From positions 93,549 to 157,548 of the forward strand of contig JADGBR010000003.1 in the NCBI GenBank assembly GCA_015231405.1: a DNA stretch of 64,000 nucleotides, given 5' to 3'. The notes below the pieces were generated by a model. It did no database searches. It saw only the letters and a list, made by a program, of their open reading frames with translations, and was not told where the DNA came from. Made by a program: the position numbers and the translations under genes. Positions 49,801 through 56,500 of the stretch are shown piece by piece (position 1 is the stretch's first letter; each line of letters opens with the position of its first letter). The DNA is from Candidatus Omnitrophota bacterium (GTDB taxonomy: Bacteria > Omnitrophota > Gorgyraeia > Tantalellales > Tantalellaceae).

Positions 49801-52800
49801 TTTACGATGAATCCCGAGGATTACGAAGGCGGAAGGGATATCATCCCACAGCCTGTCAAGGAGGATATATTCAATATATGGGCCCCGTCGGAGTATCCGG
49901 ACCCGGAGCTTACGGCGATCGTCAACGAGTTCTTCGACGGGTATAGCGTTCTTGATAATATTAAGGAGGAAAAAAAGAAGGAAGAGATAGAAGGCATGGA
50001 TCTGGACGAGAGGATGCTCCGGCTTTTCAAATACTTGCGCCATGGCTACGCTCTTACGACCATAGAGGATATCGTCGCCTCTATAGAAGAGAAAGGTTTT
50101 AAGGCCGCGCTTATGGAATATCTCGCTGTAAAGCCGGCGGACGATACTAGAGAGGCTAAAAAAGCGGCAAGGAAAGAGGCCAAGGCGCGAAGAATAGAGC
50201 TCAAATCTATCGAGAAAGAAATGCTGGAACGCGGCGAGGTCAAAACGAAGATGGACAAAATAAGGTTCCTCGTCAAATCCTCATGGGATATTCAGAAAGA
50301 CTTGAACGACGAGGACGAGGTCGAGATAAAATTCAGTCTATTCACGTGGTGGAGCACGACGGTCGTGGAAAGGACGCGCGCCGGAGGGAGGGTTAAGGTC
50401 CGGGTAATTTATGTGCCTTTATATGAGCTTGTGAAGAGGAAGGGCGAGCCGGGAGCCGCACCAAAAGAGAAAAGCGAGGGGGTCATTGCCGCGGTTATTC
50501 TTCACGAGTTCAGGCACAAACTGTACTCACCCAGGTCCGAAGAATATCGGGATGAGATCAAACCGTTGTTGGAGGGGTCTCTTACCCCCGAAGAAATGGA
50601 GTTTTTCGCAAATCTTACCCGAGAGAAACAGAAGATCGACGGCGAGTTCATGGGGTTTGATAACCTGATCGAGGATATAAGGATAAATAACATAGAGAAC
50701 CCGAGACTGAAAGGGGAAAAAAGGCTTTTTAACGCGCTCTTGGAACATCAGTACGGGAATATCCTTGTTCCGGAGCCGGATATGCTCCCGAATATATTTG
50801 AGCGGGCGCAAATGGCGCCGCATACATTACTGCACGATGATCTTCTCGCCTATGGCGCTTTCGGACGGCACAGCTGGTATTTTGATTCGCTTCCGGACGA
50901 GCTAAGGGAGGATATAAGGAGCTTGACCGACGGCCCGGATTCTCCGGTTTACAGGGCTACACTCCATAGATCGGTAAAACCGGATCTCACAGGCGTCAAA
51001 AGTCACTTCGATATGAAAAAAGAAAAACTGAGAGCCGAGGCTGAACGGATCAAAGTTTTTCTTAAGGAGATAAACCCGGTTTTCCAGAAATGGCTTAAAA
51101 GAGCCGCGGAGGCCCCCAAAGATGGAGAAGCCGGCAAGGGAGGCGCGGGCGGAGCCCAGGGAGTGCCTTCGTTCATAGACCTCCCTCCGGAGTTCGCGGA
51201 TATGTTCGATAAGCCTGAAGGCGGCGAGGGAGAGGAAGGGTCAGAAGGCGGATCCAGCGTGAATATCGTGGGTGAGGATGGATCCCGGGAGGAATTAGGT
51301 GAGGGTGATGGGGAGGGGGCCGAAGAAGGCGAAGCGGATGGAACGGAAACCCCCGGAGGAATAGAAGAAGCTACTCCTTCCGCCGGTAACCCTGACCATA
51401 CTGAAGAAGGTGAAAAAGCCTCGGGCTCCGCAAAGCCGCCGCTACCCGGTGAAGGCGGCGAGGAGCCTTCGAGAGGCGACAAGTTCGACAAGAGCGTTAA
51501 GGATATCGAGAAGAAAAGGAAGGAAGAGCTTAAACAGGAGCCTTTCAACGAGCGTTTGACGGAAGTGAGTGAGGTGGCGAAAAGGCTGGCCAAAGGGTTT
51601 ATAAATATTTTCCGCGTGCCGGGCGAGCCGGATGTTGAGGAGACCCCCTTCGGCCGCATTATAAACGCCGTGCGTTATATCATCGGCAGCAATGTTCCGT
51701 TCGACGAAGACGCCGATACTTTGGGCGCGCCCGACCTCGCGTTCGGCATGACTATCGACGCGAGCGGAAGCATGGTAGACGCTTACCCGGCGCTTAAACG
51801 CCTGAGCGCTATACTCTTATCCGCTTTTCAGCAGATAGGTAATAAGGCGGAACTGTCCATCACGATGGATAATAAGGAAGTATCGACCATAAAAAGTTTC
51901 AGCCAGAAATTCAAGCAGGAACACCTTAACGCCATGCAGACAAAAATAGAGGATAAAATAGGGGAGGGCGGTAACGGCATACATCTCTACGACACGATGA
52001 TGGAGATAATCAATAAGTATAAAGGGTGCAGGAAGAATAATAAGCTGGAGGTGATATTTACCGACGCGGGCGATACGGGTAAGGATCTGTACCTGGATCG
52101 TGGCGGGAAATTGTGCTGCACCGAAAGGCTGGACGAAGCTTTCAAAAAAGCGAAAAGCATGGGGATAACTATTATCGGCGTAGGTTTTGGCGACAGTTAT
52201 GTCGAGGTTTTTGATAGTTACCTTAACCTCAATAAGGACAATGTCGACGCCATAGTCGGCGCGATGCTATCCATAGGGAGCGTCAAAGCCAAAACCGGTA
52301 AAGTCCCGTCGGGTGACCTTTCGGAAGTACTTGACCTCGGGAAAAGCGGGACTTTGAAAAGCGGGGCATCCGGGAGATCAAGGCTTTCGGGGGAAAGGAA
52401 ATATACGGTCGTAAAGATGAGCGAAGCGCCGAAAGCGAATAATTTATCCGAAACTCGTAACTTATCGACGACTGTCTCCCCGCGGACAAAGGCTATGTCC
52501 GAACTATGGAAGAACATGACAAGGGATATAGTCATCCTTCCCGAGACCGAACTTTACACTTCCGACGAAATGGGCGCGAGGAAAAACGCTAGAGTACTCG
52601 ATAAAAAATACGCTCAGACCACCGTTACGTTCGGGTACGCCTATAACGGTGATTGGAAAAATAACCTGAAGGGCGTAATGGAGAAAGCAAAAGAACAGCT
52701 ATCCGGAGACCTCGCGAAGGGTGATTCCAAGACCAGGGCGATAGTGTATGTGCCGGAAGAGGCTGACGGTGATCTCATGGAAGCCATGTTCGGCGAGCTG

Positions 52801-53139
52801 GAGATCGGAGAAACGCTTAAGGAAAGAATTACCGTCGTCAGGGAAAGAAACCTTGAGAATGATATCCCCATCGAGGTCGCGCGGCATATAACCCTCGGCA
52901 AGGTCCTCCTTAACTATGAAAGGTTCAGAAAAAAAGATTTCGATATAGAGATGAACGCCGGAGAAATATCCGCCCTTATAGGCATGGTGAGAGACGCTGT
53001 AAAAGGTCACGGGAATATAACTCTCGCCTTCGTAGAGGAACTAGTTAAAGGCCTCGCCGTATTTGAGGCTGAAAAGTTCGCCTTCACGACAATAACCGAC
53101 TGGAAAGCGCGCGAAGAGAAGTTCATTAAGTCGGTGTAA
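37825..53139 (+). CDS. giant midasin/MoxR-like protein: signal/anchor + about 1000-aa N-terminal region + six AAA_5-type ATPase modules (three active, three degenerate) + WD40-like beta-propellers + D/E-rich tract + C-terminal VWA (MIDAS) domain
   Basis: The ORF is uninterrupted for 15.3 kb. The N-terminus is MNNFNKQLILRIISLSTAIVFLFQSTVYG. The Walker A motifs are GVTGAGKT (nt 41875), GAPGGGKT (nt 44185) and GETGVAKT (nt 49465), with Walker B IFDEG and VVDEAN. Dynein/midasin-type sensor segments are ...LNGEMRVPG...NLRIIATM, FHIIITMNPAED and IYILFTMNPEDY. The acidic tract is nt 51190-51480. The MIDAS motif is DASGSM...TDAGDTG (nt 51757). Confidence 0.85.
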   Translation: MNNFNKQLILRIISLSTAIVFLFQSTVYGEAPAITERSIEKIIIPGELASVKSSSFTGGGDIIVHIQDAHCDLNGQLAISKILEYLEKRYALKDIYLEGGSGGYDLSIFKSIADTGVRRQVSEKFLAMGEISAAEYYAVNADIAPLLQGVEDPELYIRNLDVYRGSKLYRDKALEIVNAAGKRLDELKTRIMGKELLELETKYAAYSNDSLKIRDYLAYLFVAAAKTGCDIGGLPEGISRLKSVLDSEEKVNFGKAEIDREKLLGILLARLPETRKEDLVRMVVAFKRGEISGAEFYGYLTKRAEESGVDVSSQMKDLVAYAGYVRDYAEIDRSSIMDGIEALKTAISEKFITRDEERTLIRLDEGFGMIKKIFNFSVTSSEYKKALSMDIAEMYGELEALNGKGENSVDAPELKDYFDRIKPFYEHSLRRDEVFIGNIPSGNKGSAPRVIALVTGGFHSENLYELFKKRGFSYISVIPEFSISEGENRYFDILSGEQCGLSKRISAAVSSLQVASKLNLGLGTKIWGERGIEDFEAALYTEALAESGYRVEITDESTGEVVFSNGDEKNTLIKIGKNRFLSDVHQEFIDKVMTEDEKNYRDLNPMERSAAERAVRDIIAIMPDTTTQDRSARSSVEGLLGVKALTGKEGIRVSLKLEESRRDGHAGGWGIRIREELTDEDAVYKVIRHEILAGLLRNHSMVGAVEGFMDTDETQSARAFMADAENRHEGMNALWDIEDNARHNIERDHSTKGGEKEIKDEDVREILAERKFLEPSEREELVRFIMGFHKDYDKYLSVMRSNSPDPARYKISIREIKRFAVEVERIFKKVLSEKETRVEALSVARGQSLFNVYLDFVAGDEIVEANRRTGYKFPDVELGVWSQNLITSYGAADRYYVDGLARKGEQFDTNIFQNTERKLGYALESGMPSLFIKNDNSLGAFEQALSKYVSENNAELHSMQCTPYSDTTQLLGGYVPRERVNKGEAYKIIEGIIGDDAEIRGILEKLLSREPLDKEIRDFKELYAKKEADGLIIAAAMVKKNPDNWRKKLVYEKGLLARIIEKCNKEGGKTFILNLENVEALPGRVRAQLNTFLLNGEMRVPGADSEEMRKLVMPSNLRIIATMGEGSVLEDGAFYDRFVRKSVGECDPGDLREAIERDYPGFPESVVKLLIITYHKFREKGIECTARDFLNISGYVYGRAKNGSVQKMFKAAVEEIIGYFTVRDENRYSFTDYAVEIEAAAENSFDANFLRKVGPSIREMDPFEIKIEYSKGRKELVVNGIGLPVRKEMGSAMQGVIDAMNKASEGLPEELAIKQALVDELDFVLTKDSKKMLWAVARAYKYGNGFVCLEGVTGAGKTYTAEMLSKLIDFKRPQGESRFYSEPVDAQTKISRYVGMFRTDEYGYYSLDKTTPFLDIIENGGVAAISEMNTAVKDDYAKLGWWFNQFARGDEVISLTEYPGYGPLGAMSRTVKRNPRCIVIVDINPEDYEARGKLPEELRSYAQRVSVSKTENKDDLEFAAWAFLKQITDDRKRWAIAKQLALYHQALEAEVIAANGRGERHPPLSFRELKRICKGVNNDSDVFAAIKDVRALIGKYYIPAFRSKEKQAELRDQFGIKDYSPEKVVEELILAPAGERSPPAMVFTSAEDDPMAELDTITKDKDMVTVEKTLITLFIDEFKLLGGYVPVSNDLTPEKAAERIGVYSKEAPENIGYLGELFQEIAQKPLPADLEQLTHPEVLSLAAALDSLRNGRDWREKLRWERGIIPRLMKEARENPTRTYILALENFHRIRPGVAVALNSILQEGEYYDPVSKKKETVPPNLRFYATAIEEAELPISMAEESRWVRIHKGMKTQGEKKSELIEYARKLVLEKINAGELQFVGNYSPIGFTRSEQALTVSETIVSSIGDEFLELFNVPQHKEYIDSVINQAFSEGPVTTSERWIYAQRMSKYLVYGAAMKASDKAEHFEKGKPSLCPRLSEKDQDINLYAIKMSKRRMEWRIYAEFIELFDRNFFDYISEIKDMMSMPDILACVDGIIEEYAEYHESLKPGMVIGNYDLLQKISLRQINKYISRNCFDNNLADKTPMAGSTANLLEEVDELVEIEAATFQAFKNGKVVIYEGAPGGGKTDMGIDVANRMGLKNFVYSCHGRVHSSDLLGGFRQDKRGNFIFTGEPDDAGNFKYNPFLQMLTHGGVFIFDEGAIGKRSQELLSLLSGIARGDKDFFVNELPGKPARKLEVHKDFHIIITMNPAEDTPGREPLPLELYNHARRIWVPGKMSEESYRKIITRFFKDACARNKVNPEDIFASNEKSRKMFSDLITEIHFIINEMVGESVSLEESTNLHLLTLRDMKKLVKDFVKLYAAGVDKTEALRLAIRTEYLSQFDARSDRNLIKLRLDGTFLGAGKKEMADQFQTEKIYLGTVISTMGKPVDPETLKLIDRKRQKQGELQTPGMRTEKPLSPFEPGNVARLPGDVLKKPARFAKDWREINGDPGIDQGRERGTVEVAEEKSLALFDRFSPTDGEAVYWKETAKDRIATPQTVVPLEGPGELPADLDTRMAFEQKAFTYSETVPEIIAGKLGEGKGVMNALYSEWSITELYKTLKIGDKRVTGIEVIEIGGEECLVTSAGKAVQVWRKTPSGWDVTTLLGSTRGINVLRTIKRGGKTCIVTGSVSGLVMMWEPDGGGWKATRLYGYAGNDVTALAVMRRVVDGEEKECLVTGGSDGKIYLYEEGKDGWGYTCFKVGSEPILSLEVMKFKDKGNSIVAAGGYGTVKALYSPGGNDWAGEYVFSERWSTGSFICPDKTENGTFFTSGYVDNVTDMSGVWRFEPGATDNAGVIYDAHAKGAVRDMKGFGLNGENMYVSAGLDGRIILWKEAKEKPASGEQPSLMPINVLFEKEDVKFNKLLVTDIEIGGKSRKCVLAGTTTGEVMIFNLEQEKYIEENKRRLAPEDPEAALPVPEKPELPYGLGEEAIFRPTEFADAGRIFDREITGDEIDAMSAGLVAKAGRMVSKEVPSRSVTGGADMPRQKDIACYKTDEFEDALGAPVEEKASFSDMPDDMEGLMDGEKYFMYIERNKYADVLKNTTFRQKDKRLSELINKIDLKCKVSGIKVFKVGSKECIAYSDYNGWLRIIDFSTGTVLNIKANSSIICGIYSMEILQHGDETVIVTSGEKNKLRRWSMTEKGLTEGKVTVRSMDIYTGEIPIRKMRKGGKECIVVCGRDNTIMIIEEFVQEDNAGRVVDKIKRTILASRNWQLNRFSVLEELDGNDSIVASHSTHTGQPDGADALCLWSNTGDGWDMKMIEPVDGSGNEVKRQNDVPFIEGEECQLLDTISLSGGGNNLIVTAPKDPGNEILAKHLRIYKMDGKSGWEVMNLYGVFEGYTAPSGRDLIGKVQNVKTVKAGGRSYVLINDILQNLRVCDFASNTVRILEIVDEDQLHWNSIVGAEGMETGGLLVTCSNGGELKFWDLNLQDKIKYEKVAVAAAKSGSGEGDAFPSPSDEAYPEIELPEEPAINETRLALKLSGRVLLIAQPGAREKVIVDESAKREGIKDVYSIEGSPSLTVFDMFGGLFPLLEGEERPSGEDLVFKKGFFTRHMITEEEYLRDYGEDDEPRLLVIHNIDAVPEKVRAAVNNLLLNGFIEIPGEGENGRLYLPENIKIIATINANSQRDFSSAFPNRFTRVNASEMETSPYWLSQFVQYVMRVYGFDNELAGSIEMVHCMIKRLEDGGSFWPSGYVYGFTVKDALTAAKFISLGLKERAMLGQAVTKKDETEIAVREIIRAYGLRLKQSDKDYDNFVDLILKRIFDHDKDMVDAVSGEIRISGGKLSSISDIPVNPTQKGKHPYAIDKNYRLTMVKSIVRTISGVLRGFQAGKIVSLTGETGVAKTTIGVALAESLGMDSYVFSMHKDVKSYDFTAGIRATDAGQYRLDLSDFAEKLKSGNTVLVVDEANIKPEILWILSGIARGERKFSIEVPGEKPIEFRLGDNIYILFTMNPEDYEGGRDIIPQPVKEDIFNIWAPSEYPDPELTAIVNEFFDGYSVLDNIKEEKKKEEIEGMDLDERMLRLFKYLRHGYALTTIEDIVASIEEKGFKAALMEYLAVKPADDTREAKKAARKEAKARRIELKSIEKEMLERGEVKTKMDKIRFLVKSSWDIQKDLNDEDEVEIKFSLFTWWSTTVVERTRAGGRVKVRVIYVPLYELVKRKGEPGAAPKEKSEGVIAAVILHEFRHKLYSPRSEEYRDEIKPLLEGSLTPEEMEFFANLTREKQKIDGEFMGFDNLIEDIRINNIENPRLKGEKRLFNALLEHQYGNILVPEPDMLPNIFERAQMAPHTLLHDDLLAYGAFGRHSWYFDSLPDELREDIRSLTDGPDSPVYRATLHRSVKPDLTGVKSHFDMKKEKLRAEAERIKVFLKEINPVFQKWLKRAAEAPKDGEAGKGGAGGAQGVPSFIDLPPEFADMFDKPEGGEGEEGSEGGSSVNIVGEDGSREELGEGDGEGAEEGEADGTETPGGIEEATPSAGNPDHTEEGEKASGSAKPPLPGEGGEEPSRGDKFDKSVKDIEKKRKEELKQEPFNERLTEVSEVAKRLAKGFINIFRVPGEPDVEETPFGRIINAVRYIIGSNVPFDEDADTLGAPDLAFGMTIDASGSMVDAYPALKRLSAILLSAFQQIGNKAELSITMDNKEVSTIKSFSQKFKQEHLNAMQTKIEDKIGEGGNGIHLYDTMMEIINKYKGCRKNNKLEVIFTDAGDTGKDLYLDRGGKLCCTERLDEAFKKAKSMGITIIGVGFGDSYVEVFDSYLNLNKDNVDAIVGAMLSIGSVKAKTGKVPSGDLSEVLDLGKSGTLKSGASGRSRLSGERKYTVVKMSEAPKANNLSETRNLSTTVSPRTKAMSELWKNMTRDIVILPETELYTSDEMGARKNARVLDKKYAQTTVTFGYAYNGDWKNNLKGVMEKAKEQLSGDLAKGDSKTRAIVYVPEEADGDLMEAMFGELEIGETLKERITVVRERNLENDIPIEVARHITLGKVLLNYERFRKKDFDIEMNAGEISALIGMVRDAVKGHGNITLAFVEELVKGLAVFEAEKFAFTTITDWKAREEKFIKSV

Positions 53140-53143
53140 CGAC

Positions 53144-53205
53144 GGGACTGTGGACCCTAGACTATGGACCATGGACAATAGTCCGGCGTCCGGGTCAGCC
53201 GACCC
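53144..53205. repeat. ggaccatgg-type palindrome (gggactgtggaccctagactatggaccatggacaatagtcc) plus a small GC hairpin
   Basis: Read directly after the giant gene's stop. Confidence 0.75.
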
Positions 53206-53216
53206 GATCGCGGCAA

Positions 53217-53476
53217 GACTTACAATAACGGTTTTGGACAAACTGGCCGTAGAAACGAAGGCACGAAGTGCCCGTGGACAAAGGCCCGTCAAAGCGAAGG
53301 TACGAATTGCCTGTGAACAAATTGGACGTCATTGCGAGGGCACGCCTGCCTGCCGGCAGGCAGGAAGTGCCCGAAGCAATCTCTGTAAAAATAGCAATTC
53401 ACAGGGATTGCTTCGTCGTTCACTCCTTCGTCGCTCACTCCTCGCAATGACGGATCAAGCTAATATTTGAATTATG
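53217..53476 (-). mobile_element. MITE-like element, copy 4, inverted and rearranged (internal partial duplications and a cctgcctgccggcaggcagg insertion)
   Basis: It ends attatgacacagtctg, the reverse complement of the 5' TIR. Its core is the reverse complement of the other copies. A spurious 106-aa ORF lies inside it. Confidence 0.75.
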
Positions 53477-53593
53477 ACACAGTCTGCTCGCGGGAATGAC
53501 ACCCTTTTCTCTCAATGTGGCGGTAGAAGGTTCCCATCATTATCATCGCTAATTTGCTTTTCCCGGAAAATGCGTATATATTTGCCTTAGTTA

Positions 53594-56500
53594 ATGAGAA
53601 ACTTCGCTATACTACTGTTAATATCCTTCATTATCCTCGCAGCGTCGAGCGTGTCGTTCTCTGCCGAAGAATTAAAAACCGTTGAGTTGTACGGCGTCCA
53701 GGGTGACGTGCAGATATTCAAATCGGAGGATCAGACCTGGCACCCCGGGAGTTTGGGGATGAAGCTCATGCCGGGGTATAAGATAAAGACATTAGCCGAC
53801 TCTTACGCCGAGATATCCTTTGACCCAGAAAAAAAAGCGCGTATGCGCGTTGACCCCAATAGTGATCTTGTTGTGACTTTGGACAATGACCAGAAAGTTT
53901 TTCTCATGAACGGCGCGGTATTCACTAAGATCATGAAACTTGAACCCGGCCGTAAGTTTGAAGTGAGAACGCCGACAGCCGCGATAGGCGCACGCGGGAC
54001 AGGGTGGGGCACGGAGACTAACGGCGAGTGGACTAAGGCTGAGGCTTTTGAGAACGATATCTATATACGCGGCGTTGATGAGTCAGGCGAGCCCGGTGAG
54101 GAAGAAACGACGCTCAGCGAAGGCGATAAGATGACCGTCGACGAGGGCGGAGAGTTTTCAGAACCCGAAAAAATGACGGAAGAGGACGCCGCCCGCTGGG
54201 ACCAGGGGCGCGAGGACTTTGTCGGTGAAACGGTAAAGGAATTCCTGGAGACGTCCGGCGAAGAGGAAGGCGAGGAAAAGAAAGAGGAAGAGGAGGAAAA
54301 GGCGGCAGAAGAAGAAAAGGCTCCGGAAGAGGAAAAACCGGCCGAGAATGAAAAATCGGCTGAGGAGCAAAAAGGAGAGGATGAAGGCGCTTCTGACGAT
54401 AAAGGCGGATATGAAGGCGACGGTTCGAGCGATACGGGAGGTTTCGGCGATATAACGAACGACGATCCGAATAACTATAAGCCCGATGACGGTACAAATG
54501 ACAACGGCGGGGATAACGGTGGCGGGAGTCAGGTAACTGAATATTACGCCTACATATGCAATGCCAGCGACGTTATTGCCGTGAATTTATCGAACAGTTA
54601 TTCTACTGTAGGGCGGGTAAGCGGTCTTGCTAACCCGTCAGGAATAGTTGCGAATCCAACAGGTGATAAGGTGTGGTTCGTGGATACCAGTGGCGTTAAA
54701 ATCGTTGATAGAGCACAATTTGATAATGGTCATAAAACGAGTGTTGCCTTAACCAATGCTCGAAACATCGCGTTTTATCAAAGCGATGTCTATGTTGCAG
54801 TATATGAACCCGACCCTACTTCTACAGGGATCGATATCGCGAAAGTGGATGCTAATAGTACGATTCCATTGGCAACCCCGTTTGTCCAGCAAGAGCGGTT
54901 GCGGAACGCATCTGGGATCGCAGTTAATTCGGATGGAACATTTATTTATGCTTTGGGAACGGATAAAGATAATATGAATAAGCCGGCATTGTTCAAATTG
55001 GCTCGCGATACAGGGTCTATTCAGTCGACATCCGCGTCGTTGGCAACAGCTACTCCGTTTGATCTTGCTTATGTGCCCGGAAGCGAGCGTATTCTTGTGA
55101 CCTCCGAGCCTACAACCGGTGTAGGGATGGGTGGGTATCTGGATATTTTCGACAAGGATTGTTCCCCCGTATCCATTAATATCCAGGTTTCCGCTGTTGC
55201 CAATAATGGTCGGCGGGCCATAGCGATATCACCTGATGAAAAATTCGCCTATGTCGCGAGTGTGGATGATAATTCAGTTGCGCTTGTTGACTTAAGCGAT
55301 AACAGTATGATTAAATTAAAAGATCCTAATTATTACCAGTTCAATGCCCCTTCTGGTGTAGCGGTGCTTCCGGATGATAGTGGAAGTAAGATCTATGTGA
55401 CAAACAGCGGGAACAATACGATCACGGTTATCGATAGAACCGGTGATATTCACACTCAGGAAACAATTATTGATTTAGTGACCATCCCGGGATTGAGTTC
55501 TCCCGGTGACATATGCGTAGTTAAAGTGGCGACAACTCAGACCATCACCAAAACCTGCAACAAAAAACAAGCGAGCGTCGGAGATATCCTGACCTATACG
55601 CTTGACGTCCATAATGGTGAGGCGCAGTCCATGTCGAACGTTGTGGTCGCTGACGTAATGCCGGGGGCGTTCACATACATACAAGGCAGCGCTTTCGACC
55701 AGGACAGGAACGCTATACAGACTATGGTCGAAGGGAATAAACTTACCTTCAAGATCAACAGCCTCGCCGTCGGAGAACGCCAGTTCATTAAATACTCCGT
55801 GGTTGTCAATCCGGGCGTTATAGAAGGTGACTATGTCAATACCGCGTCAGCCTCCTCCACTCTCGCTAACGGGACAGCCTATAACTTCAACGTTTCAAAA
55901 TGCAGGGTCACTATCATTCCCGATCCACTGTTCGACGAAGGCACGATAATGGGCAAGGTGTTCTCGGACGGAAACGGTAACGGCGTCCAGGATAAAGGCG
56001 AGAAAGGCCTGCCGTTCGTAAGGCTTATGATGGAGGACGGTACGGCGGTCGTGACGGATAAATACGGTAAATACCATATCCCGGCGGTATACCCGACGAC
56101 GCATTTACTGAAAATTGACAAGAGTACTCTGCCGACAAACTCGGTCGTTACGACAGAATCGACGAGGACCATAAGGATGACCAATGGTCTCCTCGCTAAA
56201 GAGAGTTTCGGCGTTAAAGTTAACGAGAATACGCCAGGCGTAATTATCCCCATGCCGTCGAGGCCATTGGCGCCGAGAGAGGATAATCCCCTCCCTGGCT
56301 TATTCGAAAAATTCTCGATGGTGGCTTTGACTGAAGGCGAGGCTGTGGGATATCGTACTGAAGACGCCGCGGAGACATTAAAGAACGACGGCCGTTTCAA
56401 GAACATGGTCCATTATGACGGCCGTCTGGCGTATAACCTGGACGCGGTGGTGAAAGGCGATTACAAGGTGACGTCGTCCCTTGATACCGAAAGGAAGAAT

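Noticed and set aside
47299-51659. Multiple 100-250-aa ORFs on the minus strand and alternative frames within the giant gene (47299-47898, 48229-48984, 51003-51659 and others)
   Set aside because: They are embedded in a 15-kb uninterrupted + strand ORF with coherent domain content. They are low-complexity or P/S-rich antisense translations.
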